Of a DNA stretch of 64,000 nt, positions 44,882 to 56,394 are shown piece by piece; the stretch's first letter is position 1; each line of letters begins with the position of its first letter. The position numbers and the translations under genes were made by a program. The stretch is taken from positions 354,082,001 through 354,146,000 of the forward strand of contig OZ024740.1 in NCBI GenBank assembly GCA_964016885.1, written 5' to 3'. The DNA is from Eledone cirrhosa (Eukaryota). Below the pieces are notes generated by a model, which was not told the DNA's origin, ran no database searches, and saw only the letters and a list, made by a program, of their open reading frames with translations.

Positions 44882-47019
44882 TCTTAGAGAATGAGATTAG
44901 ATGCCTTGCAGTATTTGTTCAAGCTGTTTGTGTTCTGAGTTTAAATCCTATCAGTACCTGGTCCTTGAGGCACTTTAACAGGGTCCCCTCTATTGCAAAC
45001 ATTTGGACCAGGTCTTTGATTTTTAGATAGTTTTCTCCCTCCCCCTTAGTCTCAGAACCCTGAAAAGGTGCATGGTCATTGCCCTTCCCTCCTTGACTAA
45101 ATGGTAACCTCCACACCACACCACCACCAAAACAAATATACAAAATCCCTATATACAATCAACAATGCAATATCATCTCCTATATAAACTGCTCTTTTAA
45201 ACTAGCCAACTTTTCTCTCCTTAAAATAAGCTGATGCATCTACTTTTCTCTTTCTGAGCCTCCCATACAACCTCTTGCTCCATAAGATCTGAATGATATA
45301 CACTTCTAAATGTACATATCTACACATGTGTATCTCACAAAGAGAGACACAGTCACAGGTACATATACATACACATATGAACCCATGCAAATACATAATG
45401 CATATATATGAATTTAAACACACACACACACATACATTTACCACAGAAAGGGAAACAGGTTCATAGCTACTAATGCAAACACTTGTATATATAAATTTAG
45501 ACACATAGAAACACAGAATTAATATATATGCATTCAGACACATACAAAAATATGGGTATATGTTACATGTTTTTATATACTATATATAATTGTATATGTC
45601 ACACTTTTTAGCAATAAAAATACATTGTTTAAACACCAGCTTGCAGTTAATCTACTAGATCTACAAAAGCTCATTTCTAAATATATGCTACATTGTAATA
45701 TTTTATGTAAAATATTTGTGTGGTGTGGCTTATATGAGTATATACATCATCATTTTACGTCCGCTTTTCCCTGCTTGCAAGGGTGGGACGGGAACAGATT
45801 CTGGCTTGATTTCTACAGCTGGATGCCCTTCCTAACACCAACCTCATTTACAGTGAGTGCTGGGTGCTTTTTTGCCGTGGTACCTCCACATCCACTTTAC
45901 AGTGTGGGCTGGGTGCTTTTTTGCTGTGGCACCTCCACGACCACTTTGCAGTGGAATGATAGGGACCCCAGTCCTTATCATCTCATTTCTACAGCTGAGT
46001 AAACTAGAGCAATGTGAAATAAAGTGTCTTGCTCAAGGAAACAACATATCACCCGGTCTGAGAATTGAACTCACAACCTTTCGATCGCAAGGCCAATGCT
46101 ATAACCACTAAGCCATGTGCCTCCATACAATGCCTATATATATATTTTTCCTTGAATATCTCTTTATTTCTATTATTGTTTGATTTTTACTATTTCCTTT
46201 CCAATTTTCCATGTATTCTTTTCTCCTTTTCTATCCACCCATTCTCCTGACGCCCCACCCACCAATGTGGAATTTTTTTTGTATTCTAGACCACCTGTGA
46301 CCTGTTGGGTCACGTTCAATTAAAAGTATTTAAAAATCATGTTCACTTAAAAATAATTTTTAAATAATTAAAATATACAGACATGTATATAATGTAAAAT
46401 GAAATTGGAAGGCCTATATATATATACATATATATATGTGTGTATATAATGTCATTCAACAACACCACTAGCTCTCTCTCTTCGATTTTCCTTGTCTCCT
46501 CCTCTCTCTCTTTCAATCTAGTCTCTCACAACCACTATCTCTTTCTTTATTAATGAAGGTACCCAGAAAAAACCCGTATCTCAGGAACCTATACTCCAAT
46601 TTATGCAAAACTTGTTTTATTCCATTTGTATTCACATTTCAAGGTATTTCCCCATTATGCACCATTTTGGCTGTATTAAATTACAGACAAGCACACAATC
46701 ACAGAGTTTTAGTAGTATATAGATAAGGTAGTTATGTTGGTGACATGATAAAAAGTACCCGGTCTACTCTGTAAGGTGGCCATGCTAGTGACATGATGAA
46801 AAAGTACCCAGTCCAACTTGTCAGTTGGTCATTTTGGTGCCACAATAAAAAAGCACCTAGTCCATGCTGTAAATGTGGAAAGGCATCCAACCATAGAAAC
46901 CAAATCAGAAACAGTTCCGTATGAGCAAGACACAGTTACCTGATCTGACTTGTCTCACAACAGGACAACTTGTCTTACCCATGTTAGTGTGGAAAAAGGA
47001 TAAGCGACAGTGACCTCAT

Positions 47020-47950
47020 AATCATTGCGAGTGACTTTAATGGGCATGTCGGGCAACACTTTGATGGGATTCACAGGGGGTTATGGGTTTGGTGCTAGAA
47101 ACAAAGAAGATTTCAGGCTCCTGGAATTTTGCGATGCTAATGACCTATTTATCTGTAACACAAACTTCAAAAACCTAGACAACCATTTAATCACCTATAG
47201 ATCAGGTGAGCACGCCAGCCAGATAGATTTTATTCTTACCAGAAGACAAGACAGAGTGACAGTTGTGAACACAGAGTCCCTCTCCCAACATAACTTAGTA
47301 GTTAGCGACCTTATAGTTAGGGCTAGAAGAATATGGAAGTTAAAAGACCAATCAAACAGTAACAAATTTAGAAGTATGTTGATTGACGCTTTCGACAGTA
47401 AGGAAAAGCAAATAGAGAAATATGATATAGAGGGGCACTGGGAGTTCCTGAAAGATAACCTACTGAAGGAGACAAATGAAACCTGCGGTTGGAGTAGATT
47501 TCTCAGAAGGAGAGTGACTTGATGGTGGAACAGTAAGGTAGATGAGACAATTAAGGTGAGTATGAAGGATGACAGCTGTATAAAGAGGTGTAGAGTGCTC
47601 AAAGTTGGAAGCTGCTATGGAGTGGGAAAAATTGGGATGAGGTGATAAAAGTTGACCTTGCACAATTGCACTTCTCAAAAGCGATGACAGAACCACGATC
47701 TCTGGCACAATGCAGTAATACAGAAGACCCGCCTTGACATGCTGGGGCTGAGGCATACATCTAGTATGCGACACCTTCCCTCCTATGTTGTAATCATCCC
47801 ACCCACCCAGTAGATCTACCTCCTCCACCTAAGTCCCCAATCCACACTATAAAGTGGTCATCTTGGTGCCACGATAATGAGCACCCAGTCCACACTGTAA
47901 AGTGGTCGTGTAGGTATCACAACAAAAAGCACCTAGTACTTACTGTAAAT
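47020..47950 (+). mobile_element. Internally deleted RTE copy
   Basis: APE region (DFNGHVG, SQIDFIL, RRVT-WWNS) fused at ~47555 directly to the C-terminal MKDDSCIKRC region and 3' UTR cassettes. Confidence 0.8.
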
Positions 47951-48149
47951 GTATGCTGAGAGCCAGAACAAACATTGAAATATTTAATTCAAGACTCTAA
48001 CAATTCTGCCAGTCTACCTGTTAGAAAGATCAATGAATGATCACTCTAACCTACAAATAAATGGGCACATGCTGCAATTATTTTTATAAACTCTATCAGC
48101 CTAGAAACTGATGTAAATAAAAATATTGGTAATAAACAATAATTCTCAC

Positions 48150-48219
48150 CTATCCATAGATTAGATTTGAATTCCACTCCATGCTGAAGGAGAGCCATTT
48201 CTTGAGCTTCTAAAAGGAC
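48150..48219 (-). CDS. MRPL22: MRPL22 exon (70 nt)
   Basis: ctgcAG / GTgaga, phase 0/1; VLLEAQEMALLQHGVEFKSNLWI. Confidence 0.93.
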
Positions 48220-48399
48220 CTGCAGAAGGAAATAAGTGGAAATACCATAAATAAAAAGAATAAATAACTCCTGATGGGACTTGTAGGGGTTCCATTCTGA
48301 TATATATGTCTTGAACAATTAAAACCTAACAGAGTCCAGCCCTCCCCAGGTTGGAACACAAGACTATTTCTTCTAGAGAATGAAAGTAAGAGGAAGAAT

Positions 48400-49250
48400 C
48401 ACCCCTTTACAAGCTATCTTAGAGTGATACAGTTGATATTCAGTTTGGATAAAATAGTCTATGAGATAGCAATGCCCAAAACCTTTGCAGATTCTCCACT
48501 GATGTTAAGTTTGAAGATCCATAGGTCAGTGTCTCAAAGTAAAAACATTAATGGGCAAAGAATTCCAGATAGCTGCAGTTGTGAGAAAAATAAGGATTGC
48601 AAAAAAATTTTAATGCAGGAGCTGAAAGAGACAGAGTAGATGTGATAGGATGGAAACTGGTGTACTGAGTAGGCCTGGAATTTCAGAGGAGCAAATGCAT
48701 TATAGAGGTTTTGAGAAGAAACAGCATTTGTTATATAGCAATTGGAGTGTATAGGTAAGAGAATCTTTGCCAATTAGCTGAATGGCTCTTGCATACAAAC
48801 TAGAATGCTATGCTTTTGTAAGAGCAGCACTATACCAGATAATTGAGCAGTATACCAATGTAATTTATACATTGGGGTTTTGGAGTTAACAACTAATCAC
48901 AGTTAAAGTATTTACTGCACTTGAAGAGGTAACCTAGTATTTGAGATGTAGTTTTTGTAATGAGATAACCCATGAGATATCTTGGTAAGATTGAGATGTG
49001 AAGTATTAATAGAAAATTTGGGAGTGTTAATTGTTGGATACTTATGTGTAGAGTGTGATAGATGACTGTTTCCTTCATATGTGCAGTGATTGTTTCTTTG
49101 TGGTGTTTAAAAAGGGACTAAGTTGTTATGTCTTTAATAGATGTTTTTGAAATTTCTGTTCATAGAAGCCATGCAATGTTTCTAGTTTACATGTAGTTGA
49201 TATCTGTGTGCAGGGATATTATCTGTATCAGAAATAGTGGTTTTATTAGT
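48400..49250 (-). mobile_element. Highly decayed CR1/L2-like RT C-terminal remnant
   Basis: Patchy motifs ILGYLFKCSKYF and YCSIIWYSAA only; boundaries approximate. Confidence 0.3.
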
Positions 49251-49349
49251 GAGGGCACATGTATTATATTAATGCATACTAAGACAAACTGTAAAAAAAA
49301 TATAATTAACAAGCTAAAGAAGGTAAAATTAGCTTTAAAAAAAACTTAC

Positions 49350-49427
49350 TTCTTTTGCAGCTTTAGAACCTTTTCTTTTATAAAATGAGAGCTGTTTCAG
49401 AGCTTCATCAATGGACATTCCTCGGAT
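49350..49427 (-). CDS. MRPL22: MRPL22 exon (78 nt)
   Basis: ttgttAG / GTaagt, phase 0/0; IRGMSIDEALKQLSFYKRKGSKAAKE (uL22 IRGM..A..QL motif). Confidence 0.94.
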
Positions 49428-51618
49428 CTAACAAATAAGAAGAGGATAAATGAAGAGGGGGGAAAAAGGTAACAAGATGGTAGGAGAGAGAGATGGGCAA
49501 TGGTGGTAGTTAAATGCTGCTTGTTGGTAAGAGGTAGATAGAGAAATATAAGTGTCATGGTAGGAGAAAGCAAGTATTTGAATAGCAGCTGAGAAGTGTG
49601 ATGGTGAGAGTGGTGGGTAACAAAGAGTCTCATGGGAAGAAAATGAGAATATCAATATGAGTGTGAAATATGTTAAGAATAAATAAAGCCATGTCATTTA
49701 ATACAATTGTCGACTCAAATCACATACACTGTGTGCATAGAAAAAGGAACTAGTATTTGAGGATGGCAAATGCCAAAAATGAAGGAACAGTAAGCAAAAG
49801 TTGGAGTTTATGCTAATATTTTTAGTGAGTAAGAAATGCTAAAAGAAAATCATGAGAATAATGGCAAATTCTGAATCAAATATTAAAATGATTGAGGGAG
49901 CCTCCATGCAACTACTCGATCTGCTAGAAATAGCAACAAAATCTCCCCCAAACCACACTTCATCATAAAAAATGATGAACATTGACCTCTCAAATGGGCC
50001 TGAAGATGTGAGGTGCATCTTACTGACATTTCTGTACTCTACAGGGTTCAATATCAAAATAATAATTCAATACAAGTTCAGTAATATGTAAATATCAAAA
50101 CTGTCATGCTAGCTTTAGAAAATTAATGTAAAATAGAAATATATGAGTAACAACGAAAATGGGCAAATAACTGTATTGTTTCCAAACTAAACTGGCTAAT
50201 TGGAATCCAAATACCACGACTTGACTGAATGATTCTTTTCATATTGATTGCCACAGAGCCCCTCTGGTGTCCTCAATCCCTGAACTTCCGTTTTCCTCTG
50301 CAAAATTGGGAGGAGTGCTTCCCGCCTGAGAATGAAACCCCATGAGGTGGAGTAGCTGATGTAGCAGGTATTGCTAGCTGTTCTCTGTAGCAAAGCTTTC
50401 CCCACCATGTCCACATGGTGCAGCTGAGATATACCACCTAGACAGCGACTGAGTCTGCTTCTCCTTTCCCTTGCTTACTTTCTTTTCTTCTTTCTTCCAG
50501 TTTATCATGTGAAATATTTATGCTAATAAATTTACAAAATGTAGAAAAAAATTTTTTTTTTAAATATGTTTCAGCTGATGGAAGGGAGATCATTGACAAA
50601 AACAGAGATCAATCAGAAGTTTGCAACAAATCAATTTTATCGAGTTTGGACATCAGCTTTCTTGTCACCACAGTGCAGATTGGTTCCTAGGCACAACACC
50701 TTGAACAATGTCATGAGAAGGAGCTTTGACTATGGTGATAGTAAGCACTCAGACTGGATGACCGTTTTCATGCTTAACCCTTATACTATTGTATTTTTGT
50801 GGTTAAGACTTTATCTCACATAATATTGAAGCTATGAGATTTTGTTGCTATTTATTTTGAGAACAATACCTTAACATCAGTATGAGAGACCAGGTTTGAA
50901 CAGAAAGAGGTGAGAGATTTCTGGCCAGATACAGCCGGTTTAAATGCAAAAGGGTTAATGGGAAAGGGCTATATCACTACATACGTTTTTCAGTTCCAAC
51001 CTCATCACTTTTGCCACAAACTAAGGCACCACTGCCTATAATACAGAGATGGGAGATAACCAAAAACTGGGATTTGACCGACCATTTCCTTTTTTACCAG
51101 TTGTCATCGAGACCTCCGGTGTCCACTGTTCCTGAACTGACATTTTCCTCCACAAAATCAGGACAAGTGCATACCACCTGAAGAAGCAGCATCATGTGGA
51201 ATGGCTGATGCAGCTGGTTTGCTGGTTATTTTCTACGGCAATGCTTTCGCTATCTTGTCCACAGGGCACAGCTGAAATATATCACCCAGCCAAGGGTGTA
51301 ATGTTTTTCCCCTTCCCCATTTTTAAATATTTAATATTTCTTTCTCTTCCTCTTTGTTATCTTAATAATTTTTTTACAAAACTACTTTCATGGCAGTATC
51401 GGTAGAGGGTCGGACGCCATGCTTTCCAGCATAGTTACGTCCCTTTACGATCTGAGTTCAAATCCCGCCGAGGTTGACTTTGCCTTTCATCCTTACGGGG
51501 TCGATAAAATAAAGTACCAGTAATGAACTGGATAATTGCTGGCCTTGTGCCTAAAGTAGAAACAATTATTGAATACTTCTTTTCATCAATAAATGTAATC
51601 AATTAAAATATAACTCAC

Positions 51619-51684
51619 CATACAAGCGATATACCACATCTTTAGTGGACTGTATTTAATATTTTCTCGAGAATGGGTTATTTC
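51619..51684 (-). CDS. MRPL22: MRPL22 exon (66 nt)
   Basis: tttacAG / GTgagt, phase 0/0; EITHSRENIKYSPLKMWYIACM. Confidence 0.93.
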
Positions 51685-52099
51685 CTGTAAAGAGATGTAT
51701 ATTTTAATACCAAACAAAATAGAATCATATAGATTAGCAATACAAAACAGAAAATTACCTATCTTTTTATTGTGATTCACAATTCCAAATACATAAATTA
51801 CTGCATTCTACCAAAATCAAAATTAGTATCTTTTTTAAGGAACCAAAATTTGTTGGTATTAATTGGCAACCTAGCAAGAGTTTGAGTAATCCTTGAGTTA
51901 ATGGTGCCACTTTCAGTTAGACAAAGTAAAAGTCTCATCTTACATTCAAGGATCACTGACATCTAAACCTAAGTACTATTATATAATAAACAAGTAGTCA
52001 GATGAGTGTATCTTGTTTATATGTTCCATTTTGGCAAATTTTCTAAGTTTGGATGCCCTTTCCCAATTCTGTCTGAACAACAGTGCTACTCCAGAACAG

Positions 52100-53535
52100 T
52101 GGAATTCCTCTGTTCAAAAAGGGTGACCGCACATCACCTGTGAACTATCGTCCAGTCAGTCTTACTAGTTGCATCGCCAAACTGATGGAATCCTGTGTCA
52201 GAGAAACACTTTGGAACTTCTGGAGCTCTCACAGTCTTATCCGGCCCTCGCAATTTGGATTTATCCCCAACTCCAGCTGCTGTGATCAACTTATAGAGTT
52301 TCTTGAGGACATCACCCAGATCACTGATGGCGGCTCATGGGTGGATGTTGTTTACCTTGACTTTGCGAAGGCCTTCAATTCTGTGCCACACAAAAGGCTT
52401 ATGGCAAAACTCTCTGCAATGGGTGTGAAGGATGATCTTTTTAACTGGTTGAAGTCCTTCATTCTCAGTCGAAGAGAGGTAGTCACGGTTCTGGGACAGC
52501 ATTCCTCACCATATGAGATGTCATCTGGTGTATCACAGGGATCTGTTCTTGGCCCCCTTTTGTTTGTGGCATATATTAATGACATAGATGCCAACTTAAG
52601 GAATGCCACAGTACTAAAGTACGCAGACGACATCAAGCTGTACCTTGAGATAAAAAGGACAGATCCTGAACACTATAGATCTTGCTTGCAGTCTGACCTG
52701 GACGCAGTGCAGCAATGGATCACGGGCTGGCGACTCAGGCTGGTTGTGGACAAGTGCACCACCATGCATTTTGGGAGTAAAAACCCAGCGTCCACATGCT
52801 CCCTCCGCAGCACTGGTATCAGGAGGTCTTCCTGTGAACGTGACCTGGGCATTGTGGTCGGCGGCGATTTGCGTTGGACGAGGCACGTCTCTAAGATTGT
52901 CAAGAGGGCCGAGGGTGTCTAGGCATCGCTCGGCGAGACCTTTGTCGGCTGCTCTCCAGATATCTATTTGAGGCTGTATACAGCTGTGGTGCGACCACAC
53001 TTGGAATTTGCATCACCAGTCTGGAGCCCCTGTCTTGCTCAGGACATTGACCGCCTGGAAACTGTTCAGAGACGTGCAGCCGGACGAGTGCCCTCCATCA
53101 GGCATCTACCATGCTCTGAGCGCCTTGCTTCCCTGGGCGTGGATTCATTGAGGCTCCGACGCCTGGCAACTGACTTGGTAGACACCCACAGAATTGTTGA
53201 CCATGTTGCCAACAACAGCCCTGAGTACCTTTTTGATTTCCATGTGTCTAGCACTCGTGGACATGCCCACAAAGTAGGAAAACGGCACAGTTCCCATGAC
53301 TTTCGGAAACATTTTTTCACGCTCAGAGTTGCTGAAGCGTGGAACAAACTACCTGCATCGGTTGTTAGCTGTCGAGACGCTGCATCCTTTGGGGCCTCCA
53401 TGCTTCCCGAGATCCGCCAACACTACAGCTAACACATACACACATGTACTTCCCTGACATTTGTGTATTATTCTATGTACTATATTGACGAGTTGTAGTG
53501 CACCTGAGCACTTTACACAATAATTTCATTATTAT
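52100..53535 (+). mobile_element. 5'-truncated CR1-clade LINE (RT and C-terminus), A-to-G hypermutated
   Basis: NYRPVSLTS, QFGF, DVVYLDFAKAF, QGSVLGPLLF, YADD, ERDLG, RPHLEF, TRGH, WNKLP. One in-frame stop at 52920-52922; ORF ends at 53432; ATT-rich tail. Lies antisense within an MRPL22 intron. Confidence 0.93.
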
Positions 53536-55129
53536 TTTATAAATGCCAAACAATTCACAGCATGTAATGGGTTCATTTTCTCATGGTGCCACCACTACCA
53601 CATGACAGGGTGGACTGGGTGCTTTTTTTTTTTCATGGTACTAGCACTACCACTTTAGTGTGGACTGGGTGTTTTTGTTTTTTTTAAGGACCAGCACTAC
53701 TATTTACAGTGTGCAAATTGAAAGAAATAAAATATGAAAACAGTAACAAAAACTTCAACTGGAGTTTTTTTATCATATCATGAAAAAAGGTTACACACTG
53801 CTGTGAGCATTAATAGTAAAAGCTGTTTTGCTATTGCCACAAATAGAGATTAAAACCTTTGTAGTGTTAATTATTTCTACACTTTCTAACTAGTATGTTC
53901 CTATACCTTCTAGCATCGACAATCTATTAAGAGAAACCTACAACTGGCTACACAGATCAGCACTGTGAAGAGAGTCTTATGTGGAAATATATAAATGAAT
54001 TAACAATGGTGTAGAACCATTGAAAATGATTTCACTTTCGGTTACAGAAGGGTTACTGTATTAAGAAATCTTAGTGAGTGGGATACATTAAAATTACATT
54101 TTGAAATGGCACCTTCTAGTTGGAACAAGTATTATGCTATGTACTCAGACGCAACTAATTATTTCACTTTTATAAGACCTGTGTCGAGTGATACAGGGAA
54201 CGGGAGAGAAAACAGCAGCACATACAGTGCAGCAACAGTTGAACCTGGATTATCAGTATGTCACTAAGCAATGTATTTTCAAGATTAACTTTCTCCAAAC
54301 CTAACTAAGAAACAGGATTGGCTTCGGTTTTCTTTCATTACTTTTAAGACAAAAAATAAAACTTGGAAAACACATTTGCTGTTTATGATTTTGCCTTGCT
54401 GAAGTAGAACTGAAGCATCTACAAAAATGAGGAAGAAATTAATGAAGAGGATGAAATGCATTAAAATTATATTTAAGCATAACAATCCAACTGAATAATG
54501 TAGAACTGACCTACAGACAATATATTTGAATTAATAAACATGTTTTTAGATATTTTTTGCTAAATTATTGCAAGATATTAAGAATTAAATATACTCTAGT
54601 CCCACTTGTAACTTGATAAAATCAAATCAGTTTTTATGTAATAGATGCAGAAACGGTAGTGTGGTTAAGGAGTTCACTTCATAACCATGTAGTTTCAGGT
54701 TCAGTCTCACTGCGTGGCACCTTGGGAAAGAGTCTGTTAATATAGACTTGGGTTGACAAATGCCTTAATGAGATTTGGTCGATGGAAACTGTGTGGAAGC
54801 CTATCAAGTATATCATCATCATCAACATTTAACGTCTGCTTTCCCTACTAGTAATGGTTGGATGGGCCTACATAAACCAAACCAGTACTGAAGCAAGGCT
54901 ACTGACCTTCCAGACAGGCCGAGGGGTCTGTATCCCTCTTATGTATGGTCATATTGAGTGCAGAGAAGTTGTCGTGTCTTTTGGCACAAACTGAAGGGCC
55001 CTCCTAACCCCTTGTTTGGCAAGCTTTCTATGCTTAGATGCCCTTCCTAACACAAACCAATTTACAGCATGTACTGGGCGCTTTTATTATGTAGATCACC
55101 AGCAGTAGGGATCAGAGCTGCTACTATCA

Positions 55130-55682
55130 ATTTTGGAATAGTGAAAGGAAGATCATGTGAGGTTGTAGAAGTGTTAAAGTGAAGGCAAGTGGATGTGTGT
55201 TGCATACAAGAGACTATGTGGAGAGGAGCATCAGCTAGACTCATTATTGGCAAGAAACTGCTACAAGTTCTTCTGGATAAGTAACAATCTTGCATTGGGA
55301 GGTGTAGTTATCCTGTTAGCAGATAATTGATGTAACTAGGATGAATGATAGAGTCATTAAGCTTAGACTGGTCCTAGATAAGATGACTACAACAATTATC
55401 TCTGCATATGCACAACAATCAGGACTAACAGAACACTCTTATGAGACCCTTATTCAAACGACCACTTTAACAAATGAGGGTGACATTATTATCACAGCTG
55501 GCAATTTCAATGATCATGTTGAGCATCACTGTAAGGTATTCCCTGGTGTCTACATAGGCTTTGGATTTGGTACAAGAAATGAGGAGGGAGTGATGCTCCT
55601 AGAGTTTTGTGATGTTAATGGTCTGACTATCTGCAACCGAAACTTCAAAAATTCAGCTAGACACCTGATCACCTACATGTCA
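55130..55682 (+). mobile_element. Degenerate RTE endonuclease fragment
   Basis: CCIQET..RVIKLRLV..ISAYAQQ..GNFNDHV..RNEEGVMLLEFCD. Confidence 0.8.
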
Positions 55683-55953
55683 AAATAATAATAGTTTCTT
55701 ATATAGGCACAAGGCCATGGGAGGAGAAAGTCGATTAAATCGACCCCAGTACGTGACTGGTACTTTATTTTATCGACCCCGTAAGGATGAAAGGCAAAGT
55801 TAACCTCGACGGGATTTGAACTTAGAATGGCAAGGGCCGTAACTCTATGCGTCAAAGCATGGTGTCCGACCGTCTACCGATACTGCCAAATAACAATAAT
55901 AATAATTAAGCATGATCTACTACAAAATAGTGTTCATTTAATGTTTTACTTAC

Positions 55954-56125
55954 AGCTGGCCGTTCTTCCTCTCCAGGTTTAGTTGGAGGATATACAGTTG
56001 TGTTATACTTGTCCCACTTATAGCCATAGTTTAGTGTTGTGGTATGTAGAGACTGGGTTTGGACAGGCAATGGCTTCAAGATAGTTTTTACAAGTGGCAC
56101 ACAAATTTGCTTTTCCACACAAAGC
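55954..56125 (-). CDS. MRPL22: MRPL22 exon (172 nt)
   Basis: ttcttcAG / GTaagt, phase 2/0; ..SLHTTTLNYGYKWDKYNTTVYPPTKPGEEERPA, matching the W..N..VYPP..PGE..RPA motif. Confidence 0.9.
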
Positions 56126-56297
56126 CTGAAGAATAAAAAATTTCAGAGTTGAACTTGACTGACAAGTAATTAGATCAAAGTGTATTGAAAATAAAACAAT
56201 TATGGTGTGGAAGTTATTTTAGATTTGAAAACACAAAAACTGTTAATTTGACTTTATATATATATATACATACATACATATATACATACATACATAC

Positions 56298-56363
56298 ATG
56301 ATGGCTGCCCCCTCGTTATCGAGTATGGCCATTGCACGAGGAGAAAAAATAAATAAATAAAAA

Positions 56364-56394
<31 letters not shown>

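Noticed and set aside
46286-46724. Possible Helentron/HINE-like element (CTAG start with small hairpin, TAGTATATAGAT end)
   Set aside because: Single copy in the window; the termini alone are too weak to call.
49385-49415. TTGATGA-AGCTCT-GAAACAGCT on the minus strand resembling a hammerhead core
   Set aside because: It is the coding sequence IDEALKQL of an MRPL22 exon; the core begins with T rather than C and there is no helix I.
50196-50470. GC-richer island with a 72-aa ORF inside an MRPL22 intron
   Set aside because: No recognisable motif or convincing splice sites in the frames I checked.
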